A DNA stretch of 60,977 nt, counting the filler, from Rhizaria sp. SCN 62-66 (taxonomy: Eukaryota), in NCBI GenBank assembly GCA_001724265.1. It is 4 parts of 4 records of this genome, joined end to end, with 100 filler letters (N's around TTAATTAATTAA, not from the genome) between each part and the next. Parts side by side here need not be neighbours in the genome. Positions count along the whole stretch, not along the records: positions 1 to 15,032 come from MEDY01000498.1; positions 15,133 to 30,400 come from MEDY01000499.1; 2 more parts are not named here. One strand, given 5' to 3'. Position numbers and translations under genes: made by a program. Position 1 is the stretch's first letter, and each line of letters begins with the position of its first letter. Below are positions 10,749 to 22,800 of this stretch, piece by piece. The notes under the pieces were generated by a model that searched no databases, was not told the origin of the DNA, and worked only from the letters and a program-made list of their open reading frames with translations.

Positions 10749-13700
10749 ATGTCGTCTTTCGCACCTACTCTGCTGAACAAGCACTTCAAGGTGCTGTCGT
10801 ACAACGGCGGCATCGGCAAGGACAACGTTGAGGTGATCTTCGACCTCGACGCGGGCCAGGATTACTTCTCCAAGTCCGGCTCCGGCTTCGACATGCTGCT
10901 CGAGTACACCGGCCCCGAGGACGTGTTCACGCTGTCCCACATCACTGCCAGTGCCGTCGCCAGCGGCACCGCGCCGCTCAAGACGCTCGGCGTGTGGGTC
11001 CACCCCGCCGGCGCCGTGCCCGACATCTCCTACGGCTCGCGCTTCCAGATGGACGAGGCTGTGTTCCTGTCCAACCAGGGCGCCATGCGTCCCTCGCCCA
11101 ACCCCACGGCCTTCTTCGCCTGCAAGCGTCGCGGCATCACGGCGCACGTCGTCGAGGCCCCCGTCTCGGGCAAGTACCTCCACCTCCGTTTCGTTAACGC
11201 CTACGCCGGCAACAACATCGACATCGGCCAGATCGGTCTCGTCGGTGCCGCCGGCGCCAAGGCCCCCGCCGCGGACATGACCGTCGCGGCCCCCGCCGCC
11301 GCGGCCGGTGGCATCGCCAAGCTCAACTGGGGCACGATGTTCAACGCCACGACCAAGCGCCCCGACGCTGCCCCCGAGGTGTACCAGCAGCTCACGCTCG
11401 CCGGCGCGATCCGCACCATGTCGCCCGACTATCGCACCGTCAACCCGGCGTACCACGTCATCTTCGCTTCGGCTCGCGTCCACGCCTACATTCTCTACTC
11501 CAAGGTCAACGTCGCGGCCGCCGTGGCCGCCGCCAAGGACAAGACTGCTACCCCCGACCAGGCGCTCGTTGCTGACTACTACAACGCGCTCACGGCCGCC
11601 GTCCGCTCGGCGCCCAACAAGCCGCGCAAGCTCGCGCTCTTTTTCGACGAGACCTCTGCCCACTCGGCTGATGTCGCGCGCTCCGGCCACGCCAAGGCCA
11701 CCGTCGACCCCAAGACCAACCTCGTCTCGTACGAGTTCCCCCAGGTACGCACATTTATTCGCACGCGTTCGCGACTGATATTTGCACTCAATCAACATGA
11801 TTCACAATTATTTCACGTAATTTTATCCTAAGACCAAATTTTATATCATTCCAAGCACACTTTATATTTCTTCTACGCACACGTGTTATTCTCTTCCGTT
11901 ATTGACTCCAGGGTGTTGACGGCCCCGTGATGCTCGTTGCCGTCACCACCGAGGGCACCGCCGCCGCGTTCCAGGACCAGGACAAGGAGGCCCTCCGCGC
12001 CGGCCTGCCCACGGGCAAGGACAAGGAGAGTCTCGAGGAGGCCCTTAAGTCCCTCTCTCTGTCTGGCTCCTCGTTCGCCGACTCCGTCGCTGGCTTCGTC
12101 CTCGCCAAGCACGACGCGCTGATGCCCTTCGCGCCCTCCGCGCCGGCCCCGGCCAACGACGCGCACCCCACGGTCGACAACGTCAAGGTCGCCACTGCCT
12201 CGACGTTCCAGCGCGTCGTGATCGACTCCGCGAACCCGGTCATCGTGGTCATCGACGTCGAGGACCACGCCCCGCTCAACAAGCTCGCCTTCGTGATGGC
12301 GCAGATGTTTGCGCGCAACAACATTGCCGTCGACGTGGTGACGTACGACCCCGCGCTCAACAAGGTCGACGACGACCTCATCAACACCGGTGATTTCGCG
12401 CCCATGTACGTCTTCGTCAAGCAGACTGCTGCCGAAGCTGAGGCCGCTAAGGCCAAGGCCGCCGCCGAGACCGCCGCTGCCGCCGCGGACAAGAAGGGCA
12501 AGAAGATATCATTCGACATTCCAGCCGAGAAGCTGGCCCAGCCCAGCAATGTCTCCGTCAAGAACGCCGCGGGCCTCACGGTGCGCGCCTTCACTCTGGA
12601 CCTCAGCAGCACCGCTAAGAGCGGCAAGAAGGCCGCCGCCGAGGGCGCTGACGAGGACGAGGACGAGGACGAGGATGAGCAGGAGCAGGACGAGGAGGGC
12701 GAGCAGCGCATGCCTCTGCCCACGTGCGCCAATCTGCTCAAGTTCCTCACCGAGGCCGGCGTCGCCGTCACTGAGAGCGAAGACGTGACCAAGGACTGCA
12801 AGGTCATCGAGGACTACTTCAAGGTCGGCTCCCAGATGGCTGAGGCCCTCCGCAGCATGCTTAACATGGCCCGCGTTCTGCCCAACCAGAAGTACTCCTT
12901 CGCCGCGGGCTCTGCTCAGGCCACCGCGCTCCTCCAGCTCGTCACCTTCATTACCTTCCTTGTACGTACAAAAGCAAAACCAATTCGTGCGGCTTCATTT
13001 GCTTACTTGTCACTCAATTTCAATTCGAAAACTTTATCTCACTATTTTTTTCTTCTTCTCTTTGCTTTGCGTTGTTTCTTGCACTACTTTGTCGACAGGA
13101 GGAGAAGGATGTGCTCAAGGGCGCCTCCGACTCCGCCGAGCTGTGGAGCAACGTCGTGGTCATCGCTTCCCAGGCGCCCGAGGTGCTGTCCAACGCGCTG
13201 CCCACCGTCCGCATGGCCATCACCGTGCTGGAGAAGACGCGCATGATGGTCTACATGACCGGCAAGACCCTCGCGCTGCAGCGCACTCGTCTTGCCGCCG
13301 AGCTCGTCTCCGAGGCCGAGGATTTCTCCGCCCGTGTCACGGCTATCGTGGGCCCGTACCTGCCCGAGTCGCTGAGCGACGCCGACCGCGAGGCCGCCAT
13401 CGCCAAGGAGGCGACCGAGATGGCGTCGCCGATCAACATGGAGGCCTTCATGACGCTCATCAAGGAGTTCGGCGCCTTCTTCAACACGCGCTACTTTAAG
13501 GCGCTCGAGGACCTCGACGCCGGCTTCCGCAAGGCGTCTGGCTACGACGACGTCGTCAAGACGCTGACCGACGTGCAGCAGTTCATGCGCGTGTCCGCCG
13601 GCCTTCCCCCCACGCCCGTCGTGGCCAAGGTGAAGCCGGGCGTCAAGGCCAAGCCCAAGGCGGAGCAGCCCGTGGAGAACGCGTCCGAGCGCCTCATCGT

Positions 13701-14085
13701 CGTGCACGTCACCCACCCCGGTCTCGTGTCGATGGAGGACTACGCGAAGCTCGCCGGCACCGTCCGCGGCTGGAACGGCGAGGCTGACCCGGCCAACATC
13801 ATCATGGTCCGCACGCAGGGTTGCGACGTGTTCGAGCAGATCTCTGATCAGCTCGCCGTGTCGCTCGAGAACCAGCCTGCGGCGCTGTACTTCAACAACG
13901 ACGCGCTCGTTGAGGGCGGCATCCAGACCCAGGCTGATGCCCAGGCCATCCGCGACTTTGTCGAGCTCATGACGTCGGCGACCGAGTTCGGCGAGAACCC
14001 CTCCGGCATGGGCGAGGAGATGGAGGGCGATGAGGGCTTCGGCGGCATGTTTGGCGAGGGCGACGACGAGGAGGACCAGGAGTAA
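10749..14085 (+). CDS. ~1010-aa protein: N-terminal beta-sandwich-like domain plus several thioredoxin/PDI-like domains lacking CxxC (3 exons: 10749-11744, 11912-12961, 13099-14085)
   Basis: Very strong codon bias and two GTACG..AG introns in frame. NVKVATASTFQRVVIDSANPVIVVID resembles the start of a PDI a' domain. The C-terminal LIVVHV...QPAALYF...AIRDFV resembles a Trx fold. Acidic tail; stop is TAA. Confidence 0.6.
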
Positions 14086-14839
14086 GCGAGCGGCTATCAG
14101 CGAAGCAATTCCGCGAAGCAATTCAGCACGCGCGCACTGAGTCACCCGTCACTCGTCACTGGGCGATTGACTGATGCTGTGAACAACAACAACATGCGTC
14201 ACACTTAACTGAAGGATGGTGGTTTTATCGCTGTCATGCGATGATGATATCGGCTATTGAAGATGATTGTTTGGAAGGGGAAAGGAAGATGTAAAGTGTT
14301 TGTGCTTTCAGCCTTGTTTTCTTGGCAAAGCAAGCACGGATACGACAAAAACGACATGTGTTTGATATAAGATCATAATTTTAAGATGTTTCCGTTGTGT
14401 CTCTACTCGATACAAAACTCGGCTATTTTAACTGAGAATATCACACTCATAACAGACTCTACTTTATCTCATCGCAGAGTGCTACTTCCTGTACGATTCT
14501 GACTTTGGCCAGGACAAGTTATACTAATATGAATAAACGTTTATAACACAGCAACATGTCGACCAATTCGATCGAGTATTATATTGCATGAAAGTCTCGG
14601 AGTAACCACAAGCATATCCATCAACACGTGCTCATGTTAAAAACAGTGACGCGGGCCAAGTTAGTTCAGTTTTTAGAAGATCAAAAGTCGGATGTTGGGG
14701 TTTGTTTTTGGTTTGATTTTGTATTCACTACTTCTACGATGAGGGTGTAAAACAATCAGAGAACTCTTTCATGTTTCACATGGCACATCTAAGATTGTTC
14801 GTTGTTGTAAGGGTCTCGAGAGGAAGAGCTCAAAACTAC

Positions 14840-15032
14840 TTACGCCTTGATGGCGTTGATAGCAGCACGCTTCTTCTTGATGATCTTAGCAACGGACTTC
14901 TTGGAGAGCTTGCCGCCGCCAACCTTGCGCTCGGCAGTGGCGTAGTTGAGCTTGGCAATGTCCTGGAGGGCCTGGAGCTTGGTGGAGTCCTCCTGAGCGA
15001 CGTCGGTGACGGCGAGGACAGCAGCCTGCTTC
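14840..15032 (-). CDS. RPL7A: 60S ribosomal protein eL8 (L7a), C-terminal fragment cut by contig end
   Basis: KQAAVLAVTDVAQEDSTKLQALQDIAKLNYATAERKVGGGKLSKKSVAKIIKKKRAAINAIKA* matches the eL8 C-terminal pattern (A.TDV..ED...L...N......GGG.L..KS.A). Stop is TAA. Confidence 0.8.
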
Positions 15033-15132
15033 NNNNNNNNNNNNNNNNNNNNNNNNNNNNNNNNNNNNNNNNNNNNTTAATTAATTAANNNNNNNNNNNN
15101 NNNNNNNNNNNNNNNNNNNNNNNNNNNNNNNN
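15033..15132. other. Artificial contig-joining spacer (44 N + TTAATTAATTAA + 44 N)
   Basis: Exact 100-nt design with stops in all six frames; the flanking genes are truncated. Confidence 0.97.
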
Positions 15133-15183
15133 AAAGATTTACATTACGTGAATGGTTCAAAGTGTTTCAAAGTGCATCCGTAC

Positions 15184-16087
15184 CCTAACGTCGCGTTCAA
15201 AGCGAGCCAGCTGCGGCGGTAGCTGCTCTGCCCGTGTCCGCAGCTCAGTGAGCACGCTGCCCAGCTAGCGGCCCGTGTGATCCTTGTGCTCGCCGAACAG
15301 GTATGCGCATTGCGCGCACGCAGTGGTGTTGCAGGTGTCGCACCAGTTGACGATCTTAATCGGGTGTTCGTGTCGGTGGCAGTACTGTGCGAGTATCAAA
15401 GGTCCAAAGCAGTTGGGAAAAGAACATAATTAGATGAGCGAAGATGATGAAAAGCGTAGTCAGTAATATAAATGCGTGGTTATCGACAGAGAGCATCGTA
15501 ACGAACGTGATGCAGTACTGATACAACTCTGGTATCCAGTTCAGTATCATTCATTTCATGAGTAATTGGTGTTCAAGAATCACTTGCACAGACCGCATTT
15601 GTCAGTGTCAAAGAATGGCGATAATTACGGACACGCAGCCTTAGGGAAACGTACGTTGGGGTTGTTCGGTAGGATGTGAGTGGCGATTGCGGTGCCTGCT
15701 GCTGCTGTTGTTGCTGTTGCTGCTGCTGCTGCTGCTGCTGCCGCTGCTGCTGCTGCTGCTGCTGCGACGGCGGCTGGAACAGTCGCATTGGAAGGCCCTG
15801 AGTGGAGACTCGCGAGCTGCTTCTATAACAACAGATACAAATAGTCGCACATTTCAGTAGTGGCAATTGTTAGTCACATATTGTACACATATGACTTGGC
15901 ATTGCGACGTCTTCCAGACTACAACTCGTAGCTCTTTTGTGTTGTGCGTGTTGTCCAAGAAACTCGGGTCAAATTTGTATGGACGTACCATCAAGCAATC
16001 CACGCAGATCTCCATGGCTGGGCCTCCAGGAGATGCAACGTGAGACGCGCGACATAACTTGCAAGGTGTGCCCATATCAGTTGACAT
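15184..16087 (-). CDS. B-box zinc-finger protein, copy A (exons 16087-15989, 15822-15655, 15384-15184; continues beyond contig end); in-frame TAG at 15265-15267
   Basis: Exon 1 has CKLC...CVDC. Exon 2 has a poly-Ala tract. Exon 3 reads YCHRHEHPIKIVNWCDTCNTTACAQCAYLFGEHKDH, a type-2 B-box. All three donors are GTACG and phase 0. Confidence 0.7.
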
Positions 16088-16508
16088 TGGGCTCTAGGAG
16101 TAGAAACAGTTTGAGATGCAGGAGAGAGCGTGGACGGTGGACGGATCGAAGTCGGTTCGGTAATTTGAGCCGTCGATTATTGGTTACACATCGGAATTAC
16201 CGGCACAAAAATACAAATAGTCTACTATTCAGCATAATGTCACAGGTAACCTGGCTATACATGTATTGACGATCAACTACGCAAAATATCGATGCTTCTA
16301 TGGTGATTAGGCCTTGTTGAAGCTGGACCGATAAAATAGTATGGCTGCCGCAGATTACGAGAAGACCACACCAATACACTTGTTCCAGTTTAGCTCTATG
16401 GTATCTTTATCAGGTTATGAGCCTTGTACGTTGCAAAAGTATTGGTGTGGTTTCAAGAGAGACGCGTTTCCTAAAAAACACGAAGCACTTCCTTCCACTG
16501 CGCAAAGC

Positions 16509-18881
16509 TCACTCTGAGGGCTGCAACAGCCGTTGTAGTGCATCCAGCCTCTGGTCCAGATCCTTCAGCCCCGCGCCATCCCCCGCACCGTTCGACTGCG
16601 CATTTGACTGAGGCTGCGACTGTGGGGTGGGTCGGCGGTGACGCTCAGTGGCCCTCATCACAGCCGACCCCGGGCCGCTGCCATTGCCGTGATGGACGCC
16701 GCTGCCGCCAGAGCGTGATGCGGGGGACGGTGAGCGGGTGCGCGCGCGGAGGGACGGAGACGAGCCTTGACTGCGCAGCTCAACGCTTCCGCCGGGCGCA
16801 AATGGACTGCGCGTAAGTATCAAAGCCGCACAAAGCAAAGCAGTGTGTTCAGAGCATATTTAAAGGAAAACAAAGAGTTAACGGTCGAGTAAGTGAGCCA
16901 GTGAGTGGACGCGACATATCATCACGAGTTGAGCTGAGCATCACATACAAGCACAATTGTATTTGTCTGTTTCTAACGATCATATCACACATCATCACAT
17001 GACGTACGCATTGTTGGCCTCAGACCCCCGCCTCGAGCCACTGCGGCTTCCAGGCCTCGACCCCTGCTGCTGTTGCTGTTGCTGCTGCTGTTGCTGGCGC
17101 TGCTGCTGGCGCTGCTGCACATATGCCACAGGATCAAACCGCGGGACTCCGCCGTGCCCCGGCCCGCGCGCCTGAGGCGACGGAGGCGCGCGGAAAGAGA
17201 AGCTCTCCCCCCGCCCCAGCGCGGGCGACGGCGACCGCGACACAGCGCTGCCACCCGCGCGCCCACTGCCCCCGTACACACCGGCAGCTGTGCTGGTCCG
17301 GGGCGCGGGCGCGGGGGACGCGGCGCGTGAGCCGGTGCGGGAGCCGGGGCGCGAGCTGTAGTTGTATCCGCCGCCGCCGCCGCCGGAGCCGCTGGCGCTG
17401 GGGACGGGAGTGCGCGAGCGTGACCGTGAGCGGCCCGCAGAGGCAAGATATGGCGACGGGGGACCGTTGTTGTGGTGGCCTGAGGAGCGCGACAGCGGGG
17501 GACCACGGCTCGGCGGGCGCCCAGAGCCAGAGCCAGCGCCAGAGCTCGACGTGGGCCCTTGAGAGGACGAAGTGTGTGTGTTATAGAGACGGCTGAACGC
17601 GTCACCAGCGCGACCGCGGCCGCTGCCACTACCATGCTCTGGCCGCGCGGGCCCCGGCGACGGCGACCGGCCTCGACTGTTCCTACCGGCCCCACCGCTG
17701 TGAAGGTTCGAGCTCGAGTCGTTGCTGCTGCCGGAAGGGCCGCGGAGCCTGATGCGTGCGAGCTCTTCGGTGAGCGTGCGGACGCGGTCGCGCGCCGCGG
17801 CCTCACCAGCGGCACGGCGGTCGAGCTCGTCCACAAGCGCGGCTTGGTCGCGCTGCAGCTGCGCGACTTCACGACGCAGCGCCACAGTCACGGAGGAGAG
17901 CTCGGCACGCAACGCGCCGGCTTCACCGCTGCTGCTCGTATTGCTGGCACTGCTGCTAGAGAGGTCAGATGTGGGAGCGAGGGCCTTGAGAGCAACAACC
18001 GCGTCCGCGGCGGCGGCCAGACGGAGCTTGAGGTCGCGGACCTCGGCTTCAAGCCGCGCGATCGTGGCCGCAGCGGACGTGCTCATGGCGCCCGATGCGG
18101 CGACGGTGCTGCTAGGCGCGTCAGCCGAGGCCGCTGTTGCGAGAGAGGCGGCGCGCACGGTCTGACGGAGCTTGCGGTTCTCTTCCTGGAAGCGCTTCAG
18201 GTCGCTCTGCAAACGGGCAACAGCGTCCGCGTCGGCCGACGGCTGCATCTGCGACTGCAGAGACTGGGACTGGGAGGGGCGGGCTGAGAGCGCGGCGGCG
18301 GCCGCGGTGGCTGTAGCAGCGGCGGCGGCGTCAGTGGCTGCAAGCAGCGCAGCGCGGAGCTGCGTGACGAGGCTCTTGAGCCGCGCGGGGTCGGGCGCAG
18401 CCTCGAACTTGAGTGGAAGCGGGTAGTGCACCTTATCGAACTCGACGATGTACGTCAGGATCACGTAGCGTTTGCTGTTGTTAGGGTGGGCAGGATTGGT
18501 CGCAACGGACGGTGCGGGGGGCAGCGCGGCTGCGGCGGCACCCGGCGGGGCGGACGCGGCGGCGGCCTTGCGCTGTTTCAGCAGCTCAAGGTCGGCGTAT
18601 GTGAGGATATCGATGAAAACGGACTCGGAAGCCTGAGAAAGCGCGGTTGAGAGCATTTTAACGAATGTGGGGAACTTCTTGATGTTTCCGGTCTTGTACG
18701 TCATCTCCTCAAGCGCGGCAGCGGAAAACTCTCCCAACCAGCGGTCAGCAGAGCCCAAATGCTAGACATGAACGTGCAGAGTGTCACCGGAGACGAAGGC
18801 ATGGATTTGGTACTGCACGCCCTGGAAACTCAGCTCCACAGTCTGGTCGTACGAGACCTGCGCGGACAGCAGCGCGGACAT
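16509..18881 (-). CDS. CCDC61: CCDC61/VFL3 centriole/basal-body protein (2 exons: 18881-17008, 16806-16509); in-frame TAG at codon 40 (18762-18764)
   Basis: The head domain is recognisable: FQGVQY...SGDTLHVHV*HLGSADRWLGEF..LEEMTYKTGNIKKF..F.KML..AL...SESVFIDILTYADLE...NSKRYVILTYIVEFDKVHYPLPL. It is followed by a coiled coil, an Arg/Ser-rich region and C-terminal LDQRLDALQ. Stop is TGA. Confidence 0.9.
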
Positions 18882-19851
18882 GGCCGAAGGGCAGGTAAGA
18901 CCGGTAAGGGCGGTCGCAGCAGATGCGGAAAGTGGAGTTGTGGGGGCCGAAGGGCGAGGCTGGGAGATGGGCGACAGAAGGAGGAGGAAGAGACCTGTTG
19001 GGTGACAGAAATGCAGTCGGGTGCAAGGTGAGATGCGAAATGCAAAACAAATAATTAAAAAATACCATACTTCCTCCCAAAGGCAGTTGAAAAACATCTT
19101 AATTTATTCAAATGACGAACAATGTACACCACGACAGAGGACTTTCACGAGGCTACTTTGGGGGCGTGTACAGCTAGCCGTTGGGAGGCGTTTGACTGGC
19201 AGCCAGCGTCGAGTCAGATTACAGAGCATTCGTGGCTGTGAACAACCGGCTTAACTTAGGGCGATGGCATCAGTCAGCAAGCAAACAGATGCTCGCAGCG
19301 GTCGCGTCTTTCCGTCAAACGGGAAACTAATTGCAATATGAAATGTATTTGCATTCAACTTTACTAATTCCTAAGTTAAATGTCTGACCGCATTCAGAAA
19401 CTCCTCTTTTCGTGTCCTCAACTGGAACACTGTACCAACGTGCATTGGTGGATGTGGTCGCTCCACAAATCTCGGCAGCTTTTGTTCTTAATCTCAACCT
19501 GTGACTCTATAGTTTTGATCTGATGCACTATACGATCCGTTATATTGAGAACCGCTGCTTTATCTCTTATATGCCACTGTTCTATGCTCATAGCCTCTGT
19601 CGCGTGCCATTTCTTCATTCGTAGAACTTTCTTTCGAACCCCTCACAAACACCTCTACAGACGCACCAAAACACCCCAGGCCTGCAATGCAGCAGGTGTT
19701 TTACTGAAGCAGGGTTTTATTCGCGCCCCCTTACACTCCCCGCGTTCTCATTAGTTCCTGTCAGAGCGCGCCACTGCGGCTCTCTTGCCACCGGTTTTTC
19801 GCCACCCCCTAATCACACCGCCTAAACTAACCTGAGACGACTCGTAGACGG

Positions 19852-22800
19852 ATGCCATCATCGTCGCAGCCGCCGTCGCAGCCGCCATCGCAGCCGCCTT
19901 GCGCGCTCCGCTCGGGCCCCGCAGACGCGGCGGCCGCGCTAGCGCTGCTGACCCAGCGCAGCCGTCGCCGCCGCCATCGCCCGCTGCTGCTGCGCTCGCT
20001 GCTTTCTGTGCTGCTGCTCGCGCTGTGCTACTGCGCTGCGCCGGCGACCGCTGACGTCACCGCTGTCACAGTCACTCCTGCTGCAATAGCCACAGGCGCA
20101 AGTGATGCTGATGACGCGGTCGCGCTGCTGTCCGCTTCACAGCAGCACAGCACAGTCAAATCAGCAGTCAAAACTTCGTCCACAACAGAGAATGACTACC
20201 CAGAGTCGTCGTCGACTACAGGCTCATCAAGCTCTGCTTCATCACTGTCTGCGGCGTTCAACACAGCGTCTATGTCCGTCTCTGCGCTGGTCTCGGCTGC
20301 GTCGCGTGTTCAGTCCGCCCGTGAGGCGCTGTTGCGGCTGTGGGCTCGGGCCACGGCCACGGCGGCGACCACGGTCACCACAATCACTGCGGTGCCCACA
20401 GTCGCTCCTGGCAACACAGTCACTGGCCAGGCCAGCACAAGTGACACTGTGGGCTCTATTGGGACCAGCGCTAGCGCCAGTGCCAGCGCGGGTGCGAGCG
20501 CGAGCGCGAGTGCCGCGAGTGTGAGGCCTGGGCTGCTGGGACTACTCACGGTCATTGTCGACGACGACTCTGCCAACACAGGCAGCAACAGCCGTGGCAG
20601 TGGCAACGGCAACGGCGACAGCAGTGCCAAGACTGACAGTGACACTGACGCCGCCTCGGCGGGGTCTGAGTCTGGACCCGAGGCTGAAACTGACGGTTTG
20701 CGTGGCTTGCGCGCTCTGTCAGCCTCCCTGCAGCGGCAGGGCCTTTCCCGGTCGGCCGCCGAAGGATTACTCTCGCGCACACTTGCACTCGCGGGCGCGG
20801 CGCTCGAGCCCAATGGTACGACACAACAACAGCAGCAACAACAAGACTCTAGCCGCACTCGCTCTCGTACTGGCTCTGAGTCGAACTCTGAGCCGAACTC
20901 TGACTCTAGTGCTGACTCTAGCGCTGACTCTGGCGCAGTAGTTGCGGTTGATGCTCAGGCCGCTCTGCTCTCTGCTCTATCCACTGCCGTTGCGGAAGCC
21001 CTAGCGGCCGCCGATGACTCGCTGCTGGTGCTGATTCATCGTGCGGCCTCCGCCTCCGCCGCTGCCGCCGCTGCAGACGCAGCCGCGTCCGCCGCGACAG
21101 ACGGGGCTGACGCTAGCGCCGTCGCAGTCTCACAACCCCAACAACAACAACAGCGCGGCTCTGCGGCTGCGGCCGCCACCGCGGCCGCCACCGCGGCCGC
21201 TGCTGCTGCGCGGGCCGGCGCGGCTGCGGCGGCGGCGGCTGCGGCCGGCGGGCAGAGGGGGGGCCCTCCTGGCGCTGGGACTGTCACGCTCGCCATTGGC
21301 GGCACCGAGACCGCCGGTGGAGCTGCGGCTGACGGCAGTGGCGACGCGATTGTCACCGTCAAAGCGACTGACAACACGCCCGCGGCTCGCATTCGCACTG
21401 GCACTGGCACTGGCACTGGTACTAATGCTAAGGCTGCTGAGACTGCGGCTGATGTCGCGGCTGAGGACGAAGATGAGGCCTACGACGACGACGATGATGA
21501 TGACGAGGACGAGGACGATTACGAAATCATTAACACTCGCTCACAGTCACACTTCAGCAGTACTCCGGCGGCAACACGTGGCAGTACACGTGGTGCTCAC
21601 AGTCGCGGTGGCCGTGCCCCGCCGTCCCGGCTGACGCGGAGACACCTCCGCACCTTGCGTTCTCTGCAGGCCGCACATCCACCCGTGATGACGCGTACCA
21701 ATGGTAACGGTTTGAGCACAACCACAGGTTCCCGCACAGGATCCCTCGCGAGTCCTCGCAAGTCTGATCTAACAATCACTGACCATGACGTTGACCATGA
21801 CCCTGATGTTGACACTGACATTGACACTGATGCTATGGCACTGGCGCTGGCTCCGGCGGCAACAGGCTCCCGTCCGAGCTCTAGCAGCGCCCGCGGCGGC
21901 AGTAACGGTCTCCCTCGCACCACCTACAGTCAAAGCAACGACAACAGTGACGGCGCAGCGGTGCCTGCAGCGGCAGCAGCTCTCGACGCCGGGCTGGTGA
22001 CCGAGTACTTGGACTGGGTAAGGGCCATGCAGTACGCGCAATACCTGCGCCTCGTTCCCCCGCCTCTGCGCGCGCTCCTGCCCGCGCCGGAGCCCCCCGC
22101 CGGCGGCGCCGCTGCGATCGCCGCCGCGGCCGCCGCGCTGGACGCTCCGGCCGCGTCGCACTCGCGCGCACTGGCGCTTGCGCAGGGCAGCGGCAGCGGC
22201 AGCGGCAGCGGCAGCGGCCACGATGTGTTGGCGACTGGGACTGGGACGGGCGCTGCTGCTGGGTGGCTGGGGCCCGGGGAAAACGGCGCCACGGCAGTCG
22301 CCGTGACTGTGCACGCTGGCTTCGGCTCCGGCTCTCACTTTGGCTCTAGCTCTATTGCTCACGGTCCCAGTCGCGGTCACGCTCACGGGCTGATTGACGG
22401 GGATGGTGATGGTGATGGTAACCCTGGTGGCAGCAACGGCGCCGGGCACGGAGACGACGACGATGATGACGACGAGGACGACGAGGACGACGAGGACGAC
22501 GGCGCAAACACCAACACCAACAAGAATCCGAACAACATCAACGACAACGACGATGCGCGCGGCACTTGCGATGCCAGCGCTGACGGCGACAACGACAACG
22601 ACACTGACCCCGACGACGACGACACCGACAGCACATCTTCCTCATCTCCGACCATCGCAGCAGCAGCAACAGCAACAGCAGCAGCCAGCTCCGTGACCGA
22701 AGGTGGCGACGTCGACGCCGACACGGGACTCGACTACCCTCCGTTGTCCCCCTTCGCACAGGCCCTGGCCCGCTTGCGCCCGCCTCCCGCGGCACGGCCC

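Noticed and set aside
15077-15088. Recurrent TTAATTAATTAA palindrome as a biological motif
   Set aside because: It is always centred in identical N-runs and is an artificial linker.
15573-15866. Apparent poly-Gln ORF from the (GCA)n repeat
   Set aside because: Splice phase and the paralog at 29509-29625 show the repeat is read as poly-Ala in exon 2 of the B-box gene.
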